Both the position numbers and the translations under genes were made by a program. A model generated the notes under the pieces. That model searched no databases. It saw only the letters and a program-made list of their open reading frames with translations, and was not told where the DNA came from. Shown piece after piece: positions 51,390-63,030 of a stretch of 64,000 nucleotides of DNA. Within the stretch, counting starts at the first letter, position 1. Every line of letters starts with the position of its first letter. The DNA is from an uncultured delta proteobacterium (GTDB lineage Bacteria; Desulfobacterota; Binatia; Binatales; Binataceae), in contig CAWICC010000004.1 in NCBI GenBank assembly GCA_963834535.1, forward strand, positions 1,179,966-1,243,965, given 5' to 3'.

Positions 51390-52838
51390 ATGGAAGCGCC
51401 AATTGCCGCCATAATCCTCGCTGCCGGCCTCGGCACCCGGATGCGATCGGATCACGCCAAGGTGCTGCACGAACTAGCGGGCGAACCGATGATCGTGCGC
51501 GTTGTCCGCGCCGTCGCGAGCGTGAAGCCGAATCCGCTGGTGGTAGTCGTTGGCCATCAGGGCGATCAGGTCGAAGCGGCCGCGCAACGCGGAGTGGCGC
51601 CGTATGCCTTGCGTTCTGCGATTCAGACTGAGCAGCGCGGCACGGGCGACGCGGCTCGATGTGCACTAGCGGCGATTCCCGACGCCTTCGGCGGCGACGT
51701 GCTCGTCGGCTATGGCGACATGCCGCGGCTTACACCCGCGACGCTGCGCGCATTTATCGACGACCATCGTGCGCGGGGCGGGGATCTATCATTCATCAGC
51801 GTGGAGATCGAAAAGCCTGCCGCATACGGGCGGGTGGTGCGCGATTCCGCAGGAAGAGTTGTCGCTATCATCGAGGCCCGCGACGCAACGCCGGCGCAGC
51901 TTGCGATAAACGAAATCAACACCGGCATCTACCTGGTTCGCGCGGGGCTCCTGCGCGCGGCGATCGCGGAGTTGCGCAACGACAATGCGCAGAGGGAATT
52001 CTATCTGACTGATATCGTCGCGATTGCGCGTGGGCACGGTCGCGACGTGGTCGCATGGCGGGCGCCCGATGCGGCGGAATTTGCCGGTATCAATTCGCGG
52101 GAGGATCTGGCCTTGATGGAGACGCAAGTACGTGACGAAATGAATCGGCGATTGATGGCCGCGGGAGTGACGCTGATCGATCCAGCGACGGCCTACATTG
52201 CGCCGGACATCGAAATCGGTCGCGATACGATCATCGGGCCCAATGTGCAGATACTCGGCAACACTCGCATTGGTGCGGGCGTCGTTATCGAAGGCACCGC
52301 GTGGCTGAGGAACGTGACTATCGGCGACCGCTGCCATCTGAAGATTTGCGTGCGCGCGGAGGATTGCGTGATTGGCGAGGACAGCGAAATCGGCCCGTTC
52401 GCCAACCTGCGCGAGGGCACCGAACTCGAGGGCCACAACCGCATCGGGAATTTCGTCGAGACCAAAAAGGCGCGCATCGGACGCGGCACCAAGGCGAGCC
52501 ATCTGAGCTACCTCGGCGATGCGGTCATCGGGCGTGAGACCAACGTGGGCTGCGGCGTCATCACGGTCAACTACGACGGCTACGACAAGCACGTCACGCA
52601 AATCGGCGATCACTGCATGGTGGGCTGCGATAGCCAGTTGATTGCGCCGGTGAAGGTCGGCGACGACGTCTATGTGGCGTCGGGCACTACGATCGTGCGC
52701 GACGTCGAGGACGGTGCGCTGGTCATGTCACATCATCCGCAGCGCGAGAAATCGGGTTGGACGGCGAGCTGGCACAAGCGCCACGCCGATCATCCGCAGG
52801 CCGTCGCGAAGGCGGCGCAGAAGCCGCGCGACGCGTGA
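51390..52838 (+). CDS. glmU: bifunctional UDP-N-acetylglucosamine pyrophosphorylase / GlcN-1-P N-acetyltransferase
   Basis: 482 aa. ILAAGLGTRMRS and a C-terminal left-handed beta-helix hexapeptide repeat region. Confidence 0.93.
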   Translation: MEAPIAAIILAAGLGTRMRSDHAKVLHELAGEPMIVRVVRAVASVKPNPLVVVVGHQGDQVEAAAQRGVAPYALRSAIQTEQRGTGDAARCALAAIPDAFGGDVLVGYGDMPRLTPATLRAFIDDHRARGGDLSFISVEIEKPAAYGRVVRDSAGRVVAIIEARDATPAQLAINEINTGIYLVRAGLLRAAIAELRNDNAQREFYLTDIVAIARGHGRDVVAWRAPDAAEFAGINSREDLALMETQVRDEMNRRLMAAGVTLIDPATAYIAPDIEIGRDTIIGPNVQILGNTRIGAGVVIEGTAWLRNVTIGDRCHLKICVRAEDCVIGEDSEIGPFANLREGTELEGHNRIGNFVETKKARIGRGTKASHLSYLGDAVIGRETNVGCGVITVNYDGYDKHVTQIGDHCMVGCDSQLIAPVKVGDDVYVASGTTIVRDVEDGALVMSHHPQREKSGWTASWHKRHADHPQAVAKAAQKPRDA

Positions 52839-52875
52839 AGCATCGGTCGTCATATAATTGTAAGATCATGGACCT

Positions 52876-54708
52876 ATGTGCGGCATAATCGGTTATGTAG
52901 GCCCTCGCGACGCGACGCCAATTCTCCTCGGCGGACTCGCACGCCTCGAATATCGCGGCTACGATTCGGCGGGAATCGCGACGCTCGGCGGGTTGGGCGA
53001 GATGGAAATCCGGCGCGCGGTCGGCAAGCTCAGCAACCTGCGCCATCTCGTCGAGGAGATGCCGTTAGGCGGCCACATCGGCATCGGGCATACGCGATGG
53101 GCGACGCATGGGCGTCCGTCGGAGGGCAACGCGCATCCGCATAAGGCGGGTCCGGTGGCGGTCATCCATAACGGCATTATCGAGAATTACGTGGAGTTGC
53201 GCGCGGCGCTGGTCAAGCGCAATCACAAACTGCGATCGGAAACCGATACGGAACTCATCTCGCATCTGATCGAGGAGCAACTCAAAAGTGCCACCGGTCT
53301 GGCGGCTGCGGTACTTGCAGTGGTGCGGGAGTTGCGCGGGTCGTTTTCGATCGTCGTGCTTTCGGAGACTGAGCCGGGCACGCTGGTCGCCGCGAAAACG
53401 GCGACGCCGCTGGTTCTCGGAATGGGTGAAGGCGAGAATTTCGTCGCTTCAGACATCCCCGCGATTCTCGATCACACGCGCAGCGCGCTCGTGATGGAAG
53501 ATGGCGAGCTGGCCGAACTGACCGCGGCGGGCATCCGCCTCATGAACTTCGAAGGCACTCCCGTCCATCGCGAGCCGCGGCACATCGAGTGGGACGCGAT
53601 CGCGGCGACGAAGGGCGGCTATCCGCATTACTTGCGCAAAGAGATCAGCGAACAGCCGCAGGCCTGGATCGATACGCTCTCGGGGCGCGCCAGCGCGGGC
53701 TCCGCGGAGGTCCGCTTCGAGGAGGATCTGATGCCAGCGGCGGGCGCGGAATCGATCGCGCGCATCGTGATGGTCTCGGCGGGGGCGTCGTGGATTTCGT
53801 CGCTAATCGGCAAGTTCATGATCGAGGAGCTCACGCGCATTCCGGTCGAAGTGGACTACTCGGCCGAGTTCCGCTATCGCAGTCCGGCGATCGACGAACA
53901 TACTATGTTGATCGCGGTGTCTCAGTCGGGCGAGACGGCCGACACGCTCGCCGCGCTCGAGGAGGGCAAGCGCCGTGGATGTCATCTGCTGGCGCTCACG
54001 AACACCGTCGATTCGTCGATAGCGCGCAAGGTCGATGCGCGCATCTATACGCGCTGCGGTCCCGAAATCAGTGTGACTACGACGAAGTGCTTTCTCACTC
54101 AGATCGAAGCGTTCTACCTATTCGCGATCCACCTCGCTTCGCGTCTCGGCCGCATTACAGAGCGCGATGCCGAAGAGCTATTACGTCCCGCTTTCGCGAT
54201 TCCGCAACAGATAGAAGCCGCCATCGCGCAGGAACGCCAGATCGAGAAGATCGCGCGCAAGTACGGCAAGGCGCGCGACTTCCTCTATCTCGGCCGGGGT
54301 ATCAATTATCCGGTCGCGCTCGAGGGTGCGCTCAAGCTGAAGGAAATTTCCTACATTCACGCCGAAGGCTATTCGGCGGGCGAGATGAAGCATGGGCCAA
54401 TCGCGCTTATCGACGACGAAATGCCCGTCGTCGTTATCATTCCGAACGACAGCGTCTTCGACAAAACGCTTTCGAATTTGAAGGAAGTGGAATCACGCAA
54501 CGGCCGCATCATCGCGATAACCGATAGGCGCACCGCCGAACTCGAAGAGGTGGCTTGGGAGATCATCGACGTACCGGTGACTAACCGCTTTCTGATGCCG
54601 GTGCTGACGACAGTTCCGTTGCAGCTACTCGCGTATCACATTGCGGTCTATCGCGGCACCAACGTCGATCAGCCGCGCAACCTCGCGAAATCGGTCACCG
54701 TCGAATAG
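52876..54708 (+). CDS. glmS: glutamine--fructose-6-phosphate aminotransferase
   Basis: 610 aa. N-terminal nucleophile MCGIIGYVG, two SIS domains, and C-terminal PRNLAKSVTVE. Confidence 0.96.
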   Translation: MCGIIGYVGPRDATPILLGGLARLEYRGYDSAGIATLGGLGEMEIRRAVGKLSNLRHLVEEMPLGGHIGIGHTRWATHGRPSEGNAHPHKAGPVAVIHNGIIENYVELRAALVKRNHKLRSETDTELISHLIEEQLKSATGLAAAVLAVVRELRGSFSIVVLSETEPGTLVAAKTATPLVLGMGEGENFVASDIPAILDHTRSALVMEDGELAELTAAGIRLMNFEGTPVHREPRHIEWDAIAATKGGYPHYLRKEISEQPQAWIDTLSGRASAGSAEVRFEEDLMPAAGAESIARIVMVSAGASWISSLIGKFMIEELTRIPVEVDYSAEFRYRSPAIDEHTMLIAVSQSGETADTLAALEEGKRRGCHLLALTNTVDSSIARKVDARIYTRCGPEISVTTTKCFLTQIEAFYLFAIHLASRLGRITERDAEELLRPAFAIPQQIEAAIAQERQIEKIARKYGKARDFLYLGRGINYPVALEGALKLKEISYIHAEGYSAGEMKHGPIALIDDEMPVVVIIPNDSVFDKTLSNLKEVESRNGRIIAITDRRTAELEEVAWEIIDVPVTNRFLMPVLTTVPLQLLAYHIAVYRGTNVDQPRNLAKSVTVE

Positions 54709-54754
54709 CTACTCTCGAGAACGCTTCGGGCGAGTGATTAGTCAATTCCAGTGG

Positions 54755-56978
54755 CTATTCGTAGCGCAGCGCGTCGATCGGATCGAGCATTGAAGCTTTG
54801 CGCGCCGGATACCATCCGAAGAACACTCCTATAGCGGCCGCGAAAAGAAATCCGCCGACTACCGACGTTGGCGAAATCAGCGTCGGCCACTGCGCGACTA
54901 TAGACAGTATTTTCGATACTGCAATTCCCAGCAGCACGCCCGCCAGCCCGCCGACGATACTTAGCATAAGAGCCTCGACCAGGAACTGCAGGAGGATATG
55001 CAGGCGGCGCGCGCCGATCGCCATTCGAATACCTATTTCGCGCGTGCGCTCGGTTACGGATACGAGCATGATGTTCATAATTCCGATGCCACCGACCAGC
55101 AGCGAGATCGACGCGACTGACGCCAGCAGCAGCGTCATCACGCGCGTCGCGCTCTCGGAGGCCTCGGCGATTTCCGCGAGGCTCCGCACCGTGAAATCGT
55201 TGTCCTGGTTCGGGCCGATATGATGCCGGCGATGCAGTATTTCGGTGACCTCGCTCTGCGCCGTATCGAGCAGATCCGCCGATTTCGCCTTGACGAAGAT
55301 GATATTGACCACGCCCGAAATTTTCGGCGGGCTGCCGAACGGACTTATGATCGAGGTGCTGGATTCGTAGAGTGCGCTCGAGGCCGTCCACGTCTGCACA
55401 CCGATGTAAGGATTCAGCACCGGATTGGTCGATCCATCGACGGTGGTCGGTACCGTTGCGGATGCCTGCGAGGTTCCCAGGACCTTGCGCTCGGCCGTCG
55501 CAAACGGCATCAGGATAACGTCGTCCTGGTCCTGTCCCATGTTGGACTGTCCCTTCACCGCGAGCACGCCAATCACGCGCATCGGGAAATTCTTGATGCG
55601 GATGGCGGCGCCGACAGGATTCTCGCCGTCGGGAAACAGATTGTTGACTACCGTCTGCCCGAGCAGGCAGACCGGTGCCGCGCTGCGCGTTTCTTCGTCG
55701 CTGAAGGTCCTTCCCGCCGATACCGGCCACTCGCGAATCGTGAAGTACGCCGGCGTGGTTCCGTTGATACTGGTGCTCCAGTTATGGCTGCCCGAAACCA
55801 CCTGGGCTACCTGCCGATCGGTATAGCTGACCGCCTCGATCGAGCTGCCCTCCTTCTGCAGCGCTTCGGCGTCGCTCACCGTCAGGGTGGAGCTGCTGCC
55901 GAAGCCGGCGTGCACGCCGTTGGAGGTGGTGGCTCCCGGCAGCACGATTAATTGATTGGTGCCGAGGCTCGCGATTTGCTGCTGCACGGAGTACCGCGCG
56001 CCGTCGCCGATCGCGACCATCGCGATCACGGCGGCGACACCGATGAAAATACCGAGCATTGTGAGCGCCGCACGCAGCTTGTTGCGGCGCAACGCGCGCG
56101 CGGCGGCTGCCAGCGCCATCGCGGCGAATGTCCACACCTCCACGCGGCGGTCAGGGACAGCCTGACGCGAGGCGTCAGGCTGTCCCTGACCGTGCTCCGC
56201 CGCCGGCGTAGCGCCGGCGCGATGCGCTGCCCCGGCCGGGGCGGACCCGGGCTGCGGCGGCGCCTGCTCCGGACGCACATCGGATACGATCGCCCCGTCA
56301 CGAAACGTCACGACGCGTCTCGCATACGCGGCCACCTCTGGATCGTGCGTGACGACGATCACGGTGATGCCGTCGTCGCGATTCAACCGCCGGATGATCT
56401 CCATGATCTCGACCGAATTCTTCGAGTCGAGATTCCCGGTGGGTTCGTCGGCCAGCAGGATCGGCCGGCTGGTTGACCAGCGCGCGCGCGATCGCCACGC
56501 GCTGCTGCTGGCCGCCGGAGAGTTGATTCGGATGGTTCTGCTCGCGCCCATGGAGCCCGAGCATTTCGAGCAGATGGGCCGCGCGATCCTCGCCCGCATG
56601 GTCCAGTGCCGAATAGAAAAGGGGCAGCTCGACATTCTCCAGCGCACTGGTCCTTGAAAGCAGATTGAAGCTTTGGAAGATGAATCCAATGCGGCGGCTG
56701 CGCACCAGGGCTAGTTCCGCCTCGCCGAGCGACGCGACATTGATGCCCTCAAGCAGGTAGCGCCCGCTAGTCGGCCGATCGAGGCACCCGATCAGATTCA
56801 TCAGGGTCGATTTGCCCGATCCCGACGAGCCCATCACTGCGACGAAATCGCCGCGATCGATCGAGAGGCTGACGCCGTCGAGTGCGCGCACCTCGATCTC
56901 GCCCACTTGGTAGATCTTGAACAGATCGACGATTTCGATAATGGCTGGCATGGTGTGCGCCAAGACCTCAGCGCTCAA
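54755..56978 (-). pseudogene. macB: MacB-type ABC transporter (fused ATPase + FtsX-like permease), frame broken once near 56459-56468
   Basis: The ATPase part is in ORF 56298..56978 (GSSGSGKST, LSGGQQQRVAIARALVNQP). Walker B and the permease continue in the frame of ORF 54755..56689 (ILLADEPTGNLDS ... four TM segments). There is one extra base within cagccggccgatcctg. This is probably an indel error. Confidence 0.85.
56149..56191. repeat. 43-nt perfect palindrome (20-bp arms, 3-nt loop) inside the macB ATPase-permease linker coding region
   Basis: GGTCAGGGACAGCCTGACGC-gag-GCGTCAGGCTGTCCCTGACC, read directly. It encodes part of the low-complexity linker ..GQGQPDASRQAVPD.. Confidence 0.9.
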
Positions 56979-57027
56979 CTACAGCGTGGACCTGAAAGTC
57001 ATCGACTGGAGGTAAATCCTCGCTCGA

Positions 57028-58242
57028 TCAGAAATGCGACATCCTGAAGGGCGAACCGCCGCCGCCACCCGCGGCCATGTTCGCCGCGCGCACCTGGTCA
57101 GTTACGACCACGTCGCCTTCCTTGAGATCGCCGCTCACAATCTCGACATTGTTGCCGTCGTCGAGGCCGCGAGTAACCGTCACCGGCTTGAGCGATCCGC
57201 CGTCGCTGATCCACACGCGCGCCCGATTCGAGGGATACGGATGGGATGCGGGCGAATCGGCCGACTTCTCCGCATGATGCTTGCGCGGTGAAAACCGCAG
57301 CGCTTGCAGCGGCACGCGCAGCACATCGTCGCGCTGGGCGGTGACCATCGTGACGTTGGCCGTCATCCCCGGCTTGAGCTGCATCTCGGGATTCGCCACC
57401 TCGACGACCACGTCGTAGGTCACGACGTTCTGCACCGTAATCGGCGCCTGCCGGACCTGGCCGACCGTGGCCTCGAATTCGCGTCCAGGAAAGGCGTCAA
57501 CTGTGAAGGCCGCCGATTGCCCCGTGCGGATATCGCCGATATCGGATTCGCTGACGTTGGTATCGACCTGCATCTTGGTCAGGTCGCGCGCGATCAGAAA
57601 CAGCGTGGGCGTCTGAAAGCTGGAGGCTACTGTTTGGCCCACGTCAACATTGCGCGAGACTACCGTCCCGTCTACCGGCGAGATGATATTGGTGTAGTTC
57701 AGGTTCAGTTCTGCGGCTCGGAGACTGGCTTCCTGCTGCTGGATACTGGCCTGGTCCAGACCTACCTGTGCCAGGGCCTGGTTGTAAGTGCTGAATTGAC
57801 TATCCAGGGCATCCTGCGAGATTACATTCTCTTTGAGGAGCCGCGAGTCGCGCTGCCAAGTGATCTTCTGATAGGCGAGGTTCGCCTGATCCTTGCGCAG
57901 TTGCGCCCGGCTGTTGGCGACCGCTGCCCGCGACAGGTCCACCTGTGCCTGAAAGGGCCGGGGATCGATCTTCGCGATCAACTGTCCAGCTTTGACCGGG
58001 GCGTTGAAATCGGCGTAAATCGCCGAAATGGGTCCGGAAACATACGATCCAACCTGCACCGTGGTAACAGGATTGACAGTGCCGGTTGCGATCACCGACC
58101 GCACGATCGGGCCGCGATCGACTGTCGCCGTCACGTACTTCGGCGCGGCCGTTGTGTCTCGCGTGTAGTAGTAGATCGCCGAGGCGGCGATCAGCACTAT
58201 CACGGCGACACGCCAGAACCGCTTGCCGAGTCGTGACGTCAT
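57028..58242 (-). CDS. macA: efflux RND-type periplasmic adaptor (HlyD/MacA family)
   Basis: Start taken at MTSRLGKRFWRVAVIVLIAASAI (rc of cat at 58240-58242), which avoids overlapping the divergent gene. It has a coiled-coil hairpin region, a beta-barrel, and VVTDQ. Confidence 0.85.
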   Translation of the reverse strand: MTSRLGKRFWRVAVIVLIAASAIYYYTRDTTAAPKYVTATVDRGPIVRSVIATGTVNPVTTVQVGSYVSGPISAIYADFNAPVKAGQLIAKIDPRPFQAQVDLSRAAVANSRAQLRKDQANLAYQKITWQRDSRLLKENVISQDALDSQFSTYNQALAQVGLDQASIQQQEASLRAAELNLNYTNIISPVDGTVVSRNVDVGQTVASSFQTPTLFLIARDLTKMQVDTNVSESDIGDIRTGQSAAFTVDAFPGREFEATVGQVRQAPITVQNVVTYDVVVEVANPEMQLKPGMTANVTMVTAQRDDVLRVPLQALRFSPRKHHAEKSADSPASHPYPSNRARVWISDGGSLKPVTVTRGLDDGNNVEIVSGDLKEGDVVVTDQVRAANMAAGGGGGSPFRMSHF

Positions 58243-58426
58243 AGAGGATCGAACAACTATAGGAAGCGAACGTGCTGCGATTCCAGCGGTGCTTTCCATG
58301 CTCAATACGATCAGACGAATCAGGCCACCTATGGTTTCAGGCGCGAGCTTCACCACCTCGCGCGCGAGCCATCGACGCGCGAACGACGTTTCGCTTATGT
58401 TAGCCAAAGTTGAGGAGTAACCAGCC

Positions 58427-59611
58427 ATGGCCGAAAGTCCGCCGCTCGCCGGTATCAAAGTCGTCGATTTCACACGCTATCTAGCCGGGCCGTTTTGCAC
58501 GCAGATACTCGGTGACTATGGCGCCGAGATAATGAAGGTCGAACCGGTTGAAGGCGCGCGCGGCGAGATGGGCGGCGATACTGGCAAGGACACCTACTTC
58601 TTTCTGAGCACCAATCGCTCGAAGAAGAGTATCCAGGTTTCAACCAAGTCGCCGGAAGGGCGCGCGGTCCTGCAACGATTGATCGATGGGGCCGACGTGG
58701 TGATCGACAACTTCCGTCCCGGCGTGATGGAAGCGATCGGGTTTGGCTACGAGCAGATCGCGGCGCGCAATCCGCGCGTCATCGCGTGCAGCATCTCGGG
58801 CTTTGGCGCGAGCGGTCCGATGCGTGACTATCCGGGCTTCGATCAGATTGCGCAGGGCTTCTCCGGTCTGATGAGCGTGACGGGAACCGCCGCGAGCGGA
58901 CCGACGCGAGTGGGTATCGCGATCTGCGATCTGCTCGGAGGCATCTATGCGGCGCAGGGCATCCTGCTGGCGCTCGAGGCGCGGCATCGCACCGGTCGCG
59001 GGCAGCGCGTCGAGACCTCGCTGCTGGAGGCAATCGTCAGCACTCTGAGCTGGTCGGCCGGTATCTACTTCGACACCAGTAAGACGCCGGGTCCGGCCGG
59101 CAATCATCATCCGCTGTCTTCACCGCATGGCGTGTTCAACGGATCGGATCGGCCGTTCAATATCGCGGTCGGCAACGAGGCGATGTGGCGATCATTCGTG
59201 AAGGTGATCGGACGGCCGGAACTTGCGGCGGATGAACGCTTCACCAAGTTAGGTCGGCGGATCAAGAATCGCGATGAACTGACGGCGGAGATCAACGCGG
59301 CGCTCAAGGTGCATCCGGCGCAATATTGGATCGATCTCTTCAATGAGACCGGGATTCCGTCGGGACCAATCCTGACGATCGAAGAGATGTTCAATCATCC
59401 GCAGTCCGCCGCGCGCGAGATGTTGATAAAGATGGCGCATCCGACCTTGGGTGAGTTCAAGACTACTGGCCTGGGCGTGAAGTTGAGCGATACGCCGGGA
59501 CATATCGCGCGGCCGCCACTAGTGGGAGAGCATACCGGGGAGGTCCTGGCGTCGCACGGCTTCACCCCCGAGGAGATCGCCCATCTGCGCTCGCTCAAAG
59601 CGATCCGCTAA
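58427..59611 (+). CDS. family III CoA-transferase (CaiB/BaiF), stand-alone
   Basis: 394 aa. LAGIKVVDFTRYLAGPFCTQILGDYGAEIMKVEP and the catalytic Asp context GIAICDLLGG. Confidence 0.9.
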   Translation: MAESPPLAGIKVVDFTRYLAGPFCTQILGDYGAEIMKVEPVEGARGEMGGDTGKDTYFFLSTNRSKKSIQVSTKSPEGRAVLQRLIDGADVVIDNFRPGVMEAIGFGYEQIAARNPRVIACSISGFGASGPMRDYPGFDQIAQGFSGLMSVTGTAASGPTRVGIAICDLLGGIYAAQGILLALEARHRTGRGQRVETSLLEAIVSTLSWSAGIYFDTSKTPGPAGNHHPLSSPHGVFNGSDRPFNIAVGNEAMWRSFVKVIGRPELAADERFTKLGRRIKNRDELTAEINAALKVHPAQYWIDLFNETGIPSGPILTIEEMFNHPQSAAREMLIKMAHPTLGEFKTTGLGVKLSDTPGHIARPPLVGEHTGEVLASHGFTPEEIAHLRSLKAIR

Positions 59612-59712
59612 GCGAGTTGAATAGCGAAAGGCCCGAAGGCTGCATGCCTTTCGTGAAGAGCTGAGGCGAAACAGTTGGCGTCACGGCCGCGCCATCGGAC
59701 CGCTGACGCTTG

Positions 59713-61488
59713 TTAGGATTCGCGTTCCATGAAGCCCTCGAGGTTCCGTGAGCGTCCGGTCTGGCGCAGCTTGCGCAAGGCCTTCGCCTCGATTTGCCGG
59801 ATGCGCTCGCGAGTAACCGCGAACTGCTTGCCGACCTCCTCGAGCGTGTAGTCGGTCTTCTGACCGATACCGAAGCGCATCCGCAGGATTTGCTCCTCGC
59901 GCGGGGTCAGCGTCGCCAGCACCTTGCGCGTCTGCTCGCCGAGGTTGCCCTGGATGGCGGCCTCGACCGGCGAGGGCGCGAGTTCGTCCTCGACGAAATC
60001 GCCGAGCGAGCTTTCCTCCTCGTCGCCGATGGGGGTTTCGAGCGAGATGGGCTCCTTGACGATCTTGAGGACCTTCTGGACCTTGTCCAGCGGCATCTCC
60101 ATCTGCTCGGCGATTTCCTCGGGGCTGGGTTCGCGGCCAAGGCGCTGGACCAGCAGGCGGGTGACGCGCAGGAGCTTGTTGATGGTTTCGACCATGTGCA
60201 CGGGGATGCGGATGGTGCGGCCCTGGTCGGCGATGGCGCGGGACATCGACTGGCGAATCCACCAGGTGGCGTAAGTCGAGAACTTGTAGCCGCGCTGGTA
60301 CTCGAACTTGTCCACGGCGCGCATCAGGCCGATGTTGCCTTCCTGGATGAGGTCGAGGAAGCCGAGGCCGCGGTTGGTGTAGCGCTTGGCGAGGCTGACG
60401 ACGAGGCGGAGGTTGGCCTCGGTGAGTTCCTTTTTGGCGCGGCGGCTCTTGTCCTGGCCGGAGGCGATAGTCTCGATGGAGCGGGCGAAGTCGTCGGTGG
60501 GAACCTTGACGCGCCGTTCGACCTCGCGAATGATCTTCTGCGCTTCCTTGATGCGGGCGGCAATATCGACCAGGTTCTCGCGGGTGCCATTGACCTTGAG
60601 GACGTGGCGGCGGTCGTCGGCGTCCGCGGCCTCGCGGAGCAACTGGCTCTTGGTGCGGCCGGTGGCGTCTTCATAGCGTTGGATCCGGCGCTGCGACTCG
60701 CGCGCGTCCTTGAGCAGGCGGCGCATCTCGCCGATGACGGCTTCATGGACGTGGCGCGAGAGGTCCAGATCAGCGAGCTCTTCCTTGATACCGTCCTTGA
60801 GCTTGATGAAGAGCTTTTCGAGCTTGGTCTTGTTGGGCCCTTTGGGTTTGTCCTTGAGCTTTTCCTCGGTTTCTTCGACCTTGGCGCGCAATGATTTGAG
60901 CTTCTTGACCGCGGCGAAGAGCTTTTTGAGCTGCTTCTCGTTGGCCTCGGGGCCGCGATCCTCGTCGGGGTCGGCGTTGGGATCGGGCTCGTTTTCTTCG
61001 AAGAGGCCGCTTTCACGAAGGTCGGTTTCGCCGAGCTCGATGCGGTCGCCGACTTCGATCACGAAATCGAGCGTTACGGGGGAGCGCAGGACCTCGTTTT
61101 CGACCTCGTTCTCACCGGCCTCGATACGCTTGGCGATTTCGACTTCCTGTTCGCGCGAAAGCAGCTGGAAGTTGCCCATCTCCTTGAGGTAGAGGCGGAC
61201 CGGATCGGAGGATTCGCTGAGCGAATCGGCGACTACCGGGGCGGCGGCCTCTTCCTCGGGCTCTTCCTTGGCCTCGACGTCGCTGTCGTCGTCGCTGGTG
61301 GCGGTGGGGACTTCGTCGAGGACCTTGATGTCCATGTCCTCAAAGCTTTCAAGCGCGGCGCGGAGGTCGGTCGGTGAGGCAACGTCCTGGGGGAGGAAGT
61401 CGTTGACCTGGTCGAAAGTCAGGTAGCCCTGCTCGCGGCCGAGATCGACGAGGCCCTGTAAATCTTTCCCTTCGTACTTCTGTTTCAT
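59713..61488 (-). CDS. rpoD: RNA polymerase primary sigma factor (sigma-70)
   Basis: 591 aa with an acidic region 1. Region 2 is [34 protein letters not shown]. Region 4 is [28 protein letters not shown]. Confidence 0.96.
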   Translation of the reverse strand: MKQKYEGKDLQGLVDLGREQGYLTFDQVNDFLPQDVASPTDLRAALESFEDMDIKVLDEVPTATSDDDSDVEAKEEPEEEAAAPVVADSLSESSDPVRLYLKEMGNFQLLSREQEVEIAKRIEAGENEVENEVLRSPVTLDFVIEVGDRIELGETDLRESGLFEENEPDPNADPDEDRGPEANEKQLKKLFAAVKKLKSLRAKVEETEEKLKDKPKGPNKTKLEKLFIKLKDGIKEELADLDLSRHVHEAVIGEMRRLLKDARESQRRIQRYEDATGRTKSQLLREAADADDRRHVLKVNGTRENLVDIAARIKEAQKIIREVERRVKVPTDDFARSIETIASGQDKSRRAKKELTEANLRLVVSLAKRYTNRGLGFLDLIQEGNIGLMRAVDKFEYQRGYKFSTYATWWIRQSMSRAIADQGRTIRIPVHMVETINKLLRVTRLLVQRLGREPSPEEIAEQMEMPLDKVQKVLKIVKEPISLETPIGDEEESSLGDFVEDELAPSPVEAAIQGNLGEQTRKVLATLTPREEQILRMRFGIGQKTDYTLEEVGKQFAVTRERIRQIEAKALRKLRQTGRSRNLEGFMERES

Positions 61489-61951
61489 GCTTTCTCGCGT
61501 CCGTCCTGGCCGGCGTTATGCGCACCGGTCCATGCGCGGTAGAGCGCGACGGTCACGGGGGCGTGCCGTCGCGCGTTGAGGTTATAGATTCGCGATGCGC
61601 GCGAATGCGAACCCATAGCAGAAGCGACTGGAGTTGCCAAAGCGTCCGAATATACTTATCGGCCCAGCATTAGTCAAAGCCGAAAAATCCCGGACCGCCC
61701 GACCTCATCCCACATTTCCTAATTATAACAACGAAAGCGCACGGTGTGCGTTTCAATCTGGACCAGGCGTCTGCGACCCGTCAGAGCCGATTATACGCCG
61801 CAACGGCGTCAGCGTCGCCCTTTTTTCCACAGGTTTGTCAAAAAAAGTCGAGCCAACGGGCCAAAAAGCGACGCCCCGGCCGGCAGGTGATGCTTGCGGA
61901 TGGGGGCGGCTGCTAGGCTGACAGCGACGATCGCGCGCGGGAGCCTCCAAT

Positions 61952-62971
61952 TTGGTAATCCACATCGTCATCCTGATACTGAGCTTCGCGATTATTCTTG
62001 CGGGCGCCGAGATGTTCACCAATGGGGTCGAATGGGCGGGCGCGCGCCTCAAGATCTCGGAAGCTGCGGTCGGCAGCCTGTTGGCGGCGGTCGGGACCGC
62101 ATTGCCGGAGACGCTGATCCCGACGGTCGCGTTATTGAGTGGTCCGAGCGATCATTCGGCGCATAGCGCGGTTGGGGTGGGGGCGATCGTCGGAGCGCCG
62201 CTGATGCTTTCGACGCTGGCATTGCTGGTGATGGGCGTGGCGGCGATCGGATTTCGCAAGCGACGCGGACAGGTCGCGATGATCGTCCCACCGGGTGACG
62301 TGCGGCGCGACCTGGCCTTTTTCCTGCCGGTATTTCTCGTGTTGATGGCGCTCGGCCTGCTGAACCTGGGCGTAGTTGCGCGCCAAGCGGCCGCGGTTGG
62401 CCTGATCCTGGTGTATGGCGTGTACGCGATGATTATGCTCCGGCAGCATCGAGCGGATGGGGTCGAACTCGAACACGGGCTGTACTTCGAGCGTATTTTT
62501 GGCGATCGGCCGCTGGCGCCGCGCCTGCGCCTGACGCTGGCGCAGGTGATTGCAGGAGTGGTGGCGATTTTGATTGGGGCCACTACGTTCGTCGATCAGA
62601 TCGTGCTGTTTTCGCATCACGCGCATCTCAATCCGGGCGTGCTATCATTGATATTGAGTCCGCTGGCGACCGAGTTGCCTGAAAAGTACAACTCGGTGAT
62701 ATGGATTCGGCAGCGCAAAGACCATCTGGCGCTGGCCAATATCACCGGCGCGATGGTCTTCCAGGCGTGTATCCCGGTGGCGCTGGGGCTGGCATTTTCG
62801 CCGTGGCGTCTGACGCCGCCGGAACTGCTGGCCGGCGCGATTGCCTTGATTTCGAGCGCAATCTTCTTTTTCAACGTGCGCGATGGCGAACTGGGCACGC
62901 CGACCCTGATGATCGGTGGCATCGGCTACGCGATATTTATCGGGGGACTCGCGTGGCTGGGCCTTTTTTGA
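61952..62971 (+). CDS. sodium/calcium exchanger (CaCA) family membrane protein
   Basis: 339 aa with a TTG start. The alpha-repeat motif GSLLAAVGTALPET is repeated as LSPLATELPEK, and there are ~10 TM segments. Confidence 0.8.
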   Translation: MVIHIVILILSFAIILAGAEMFTNGVEWAGARLKISEAAVGSLLAAVGTALPETLIPTVALLSGPSDHSAHSAVGVGAIVGAPLMLSTLALLVMGVAAIGFRKRRGQVAMIVPPGDVRRDLAFFLPVFLVLMALGLLNLGVVARQAAAVGLILVYGVYAMIMLRQHRADGVELEHGLYFERIFGDRPLAPRLRLTLAQVIAGVVAILIGATTFVDQIVLFSHHAHLNPGVLSLILSPLATELPEKYNSVIWIRQRKDHLALANITGAMVFQACIPVALGLAFSPWRLTPPELLAGAIALISSAIFFFNVRDGELGTPTLMIGGIGYAIFIGGLAWLGLF

Positions 62972-63030
62972 AGGGGATGGCGCGGGTAGCCGGCTAAGGG
63001 CCGTACCGGACGCCCGCAAAGATGAATCGA

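Noticed and set aside
52839-52875. Possible glmS ribozyme upstream of glmS.
   Set aside because: The glmU-glmS gap is only 37 nt, far too short for the ribozyme, and no conserved core sequence is visible.
54738-55730. 330-aa minus-strand ORF overlapping the macB permease region in another frame.
   Set aside because: It is an alternative frame of the FtsX-like permease, and its translation is Arg/Gly-rich low complexity.
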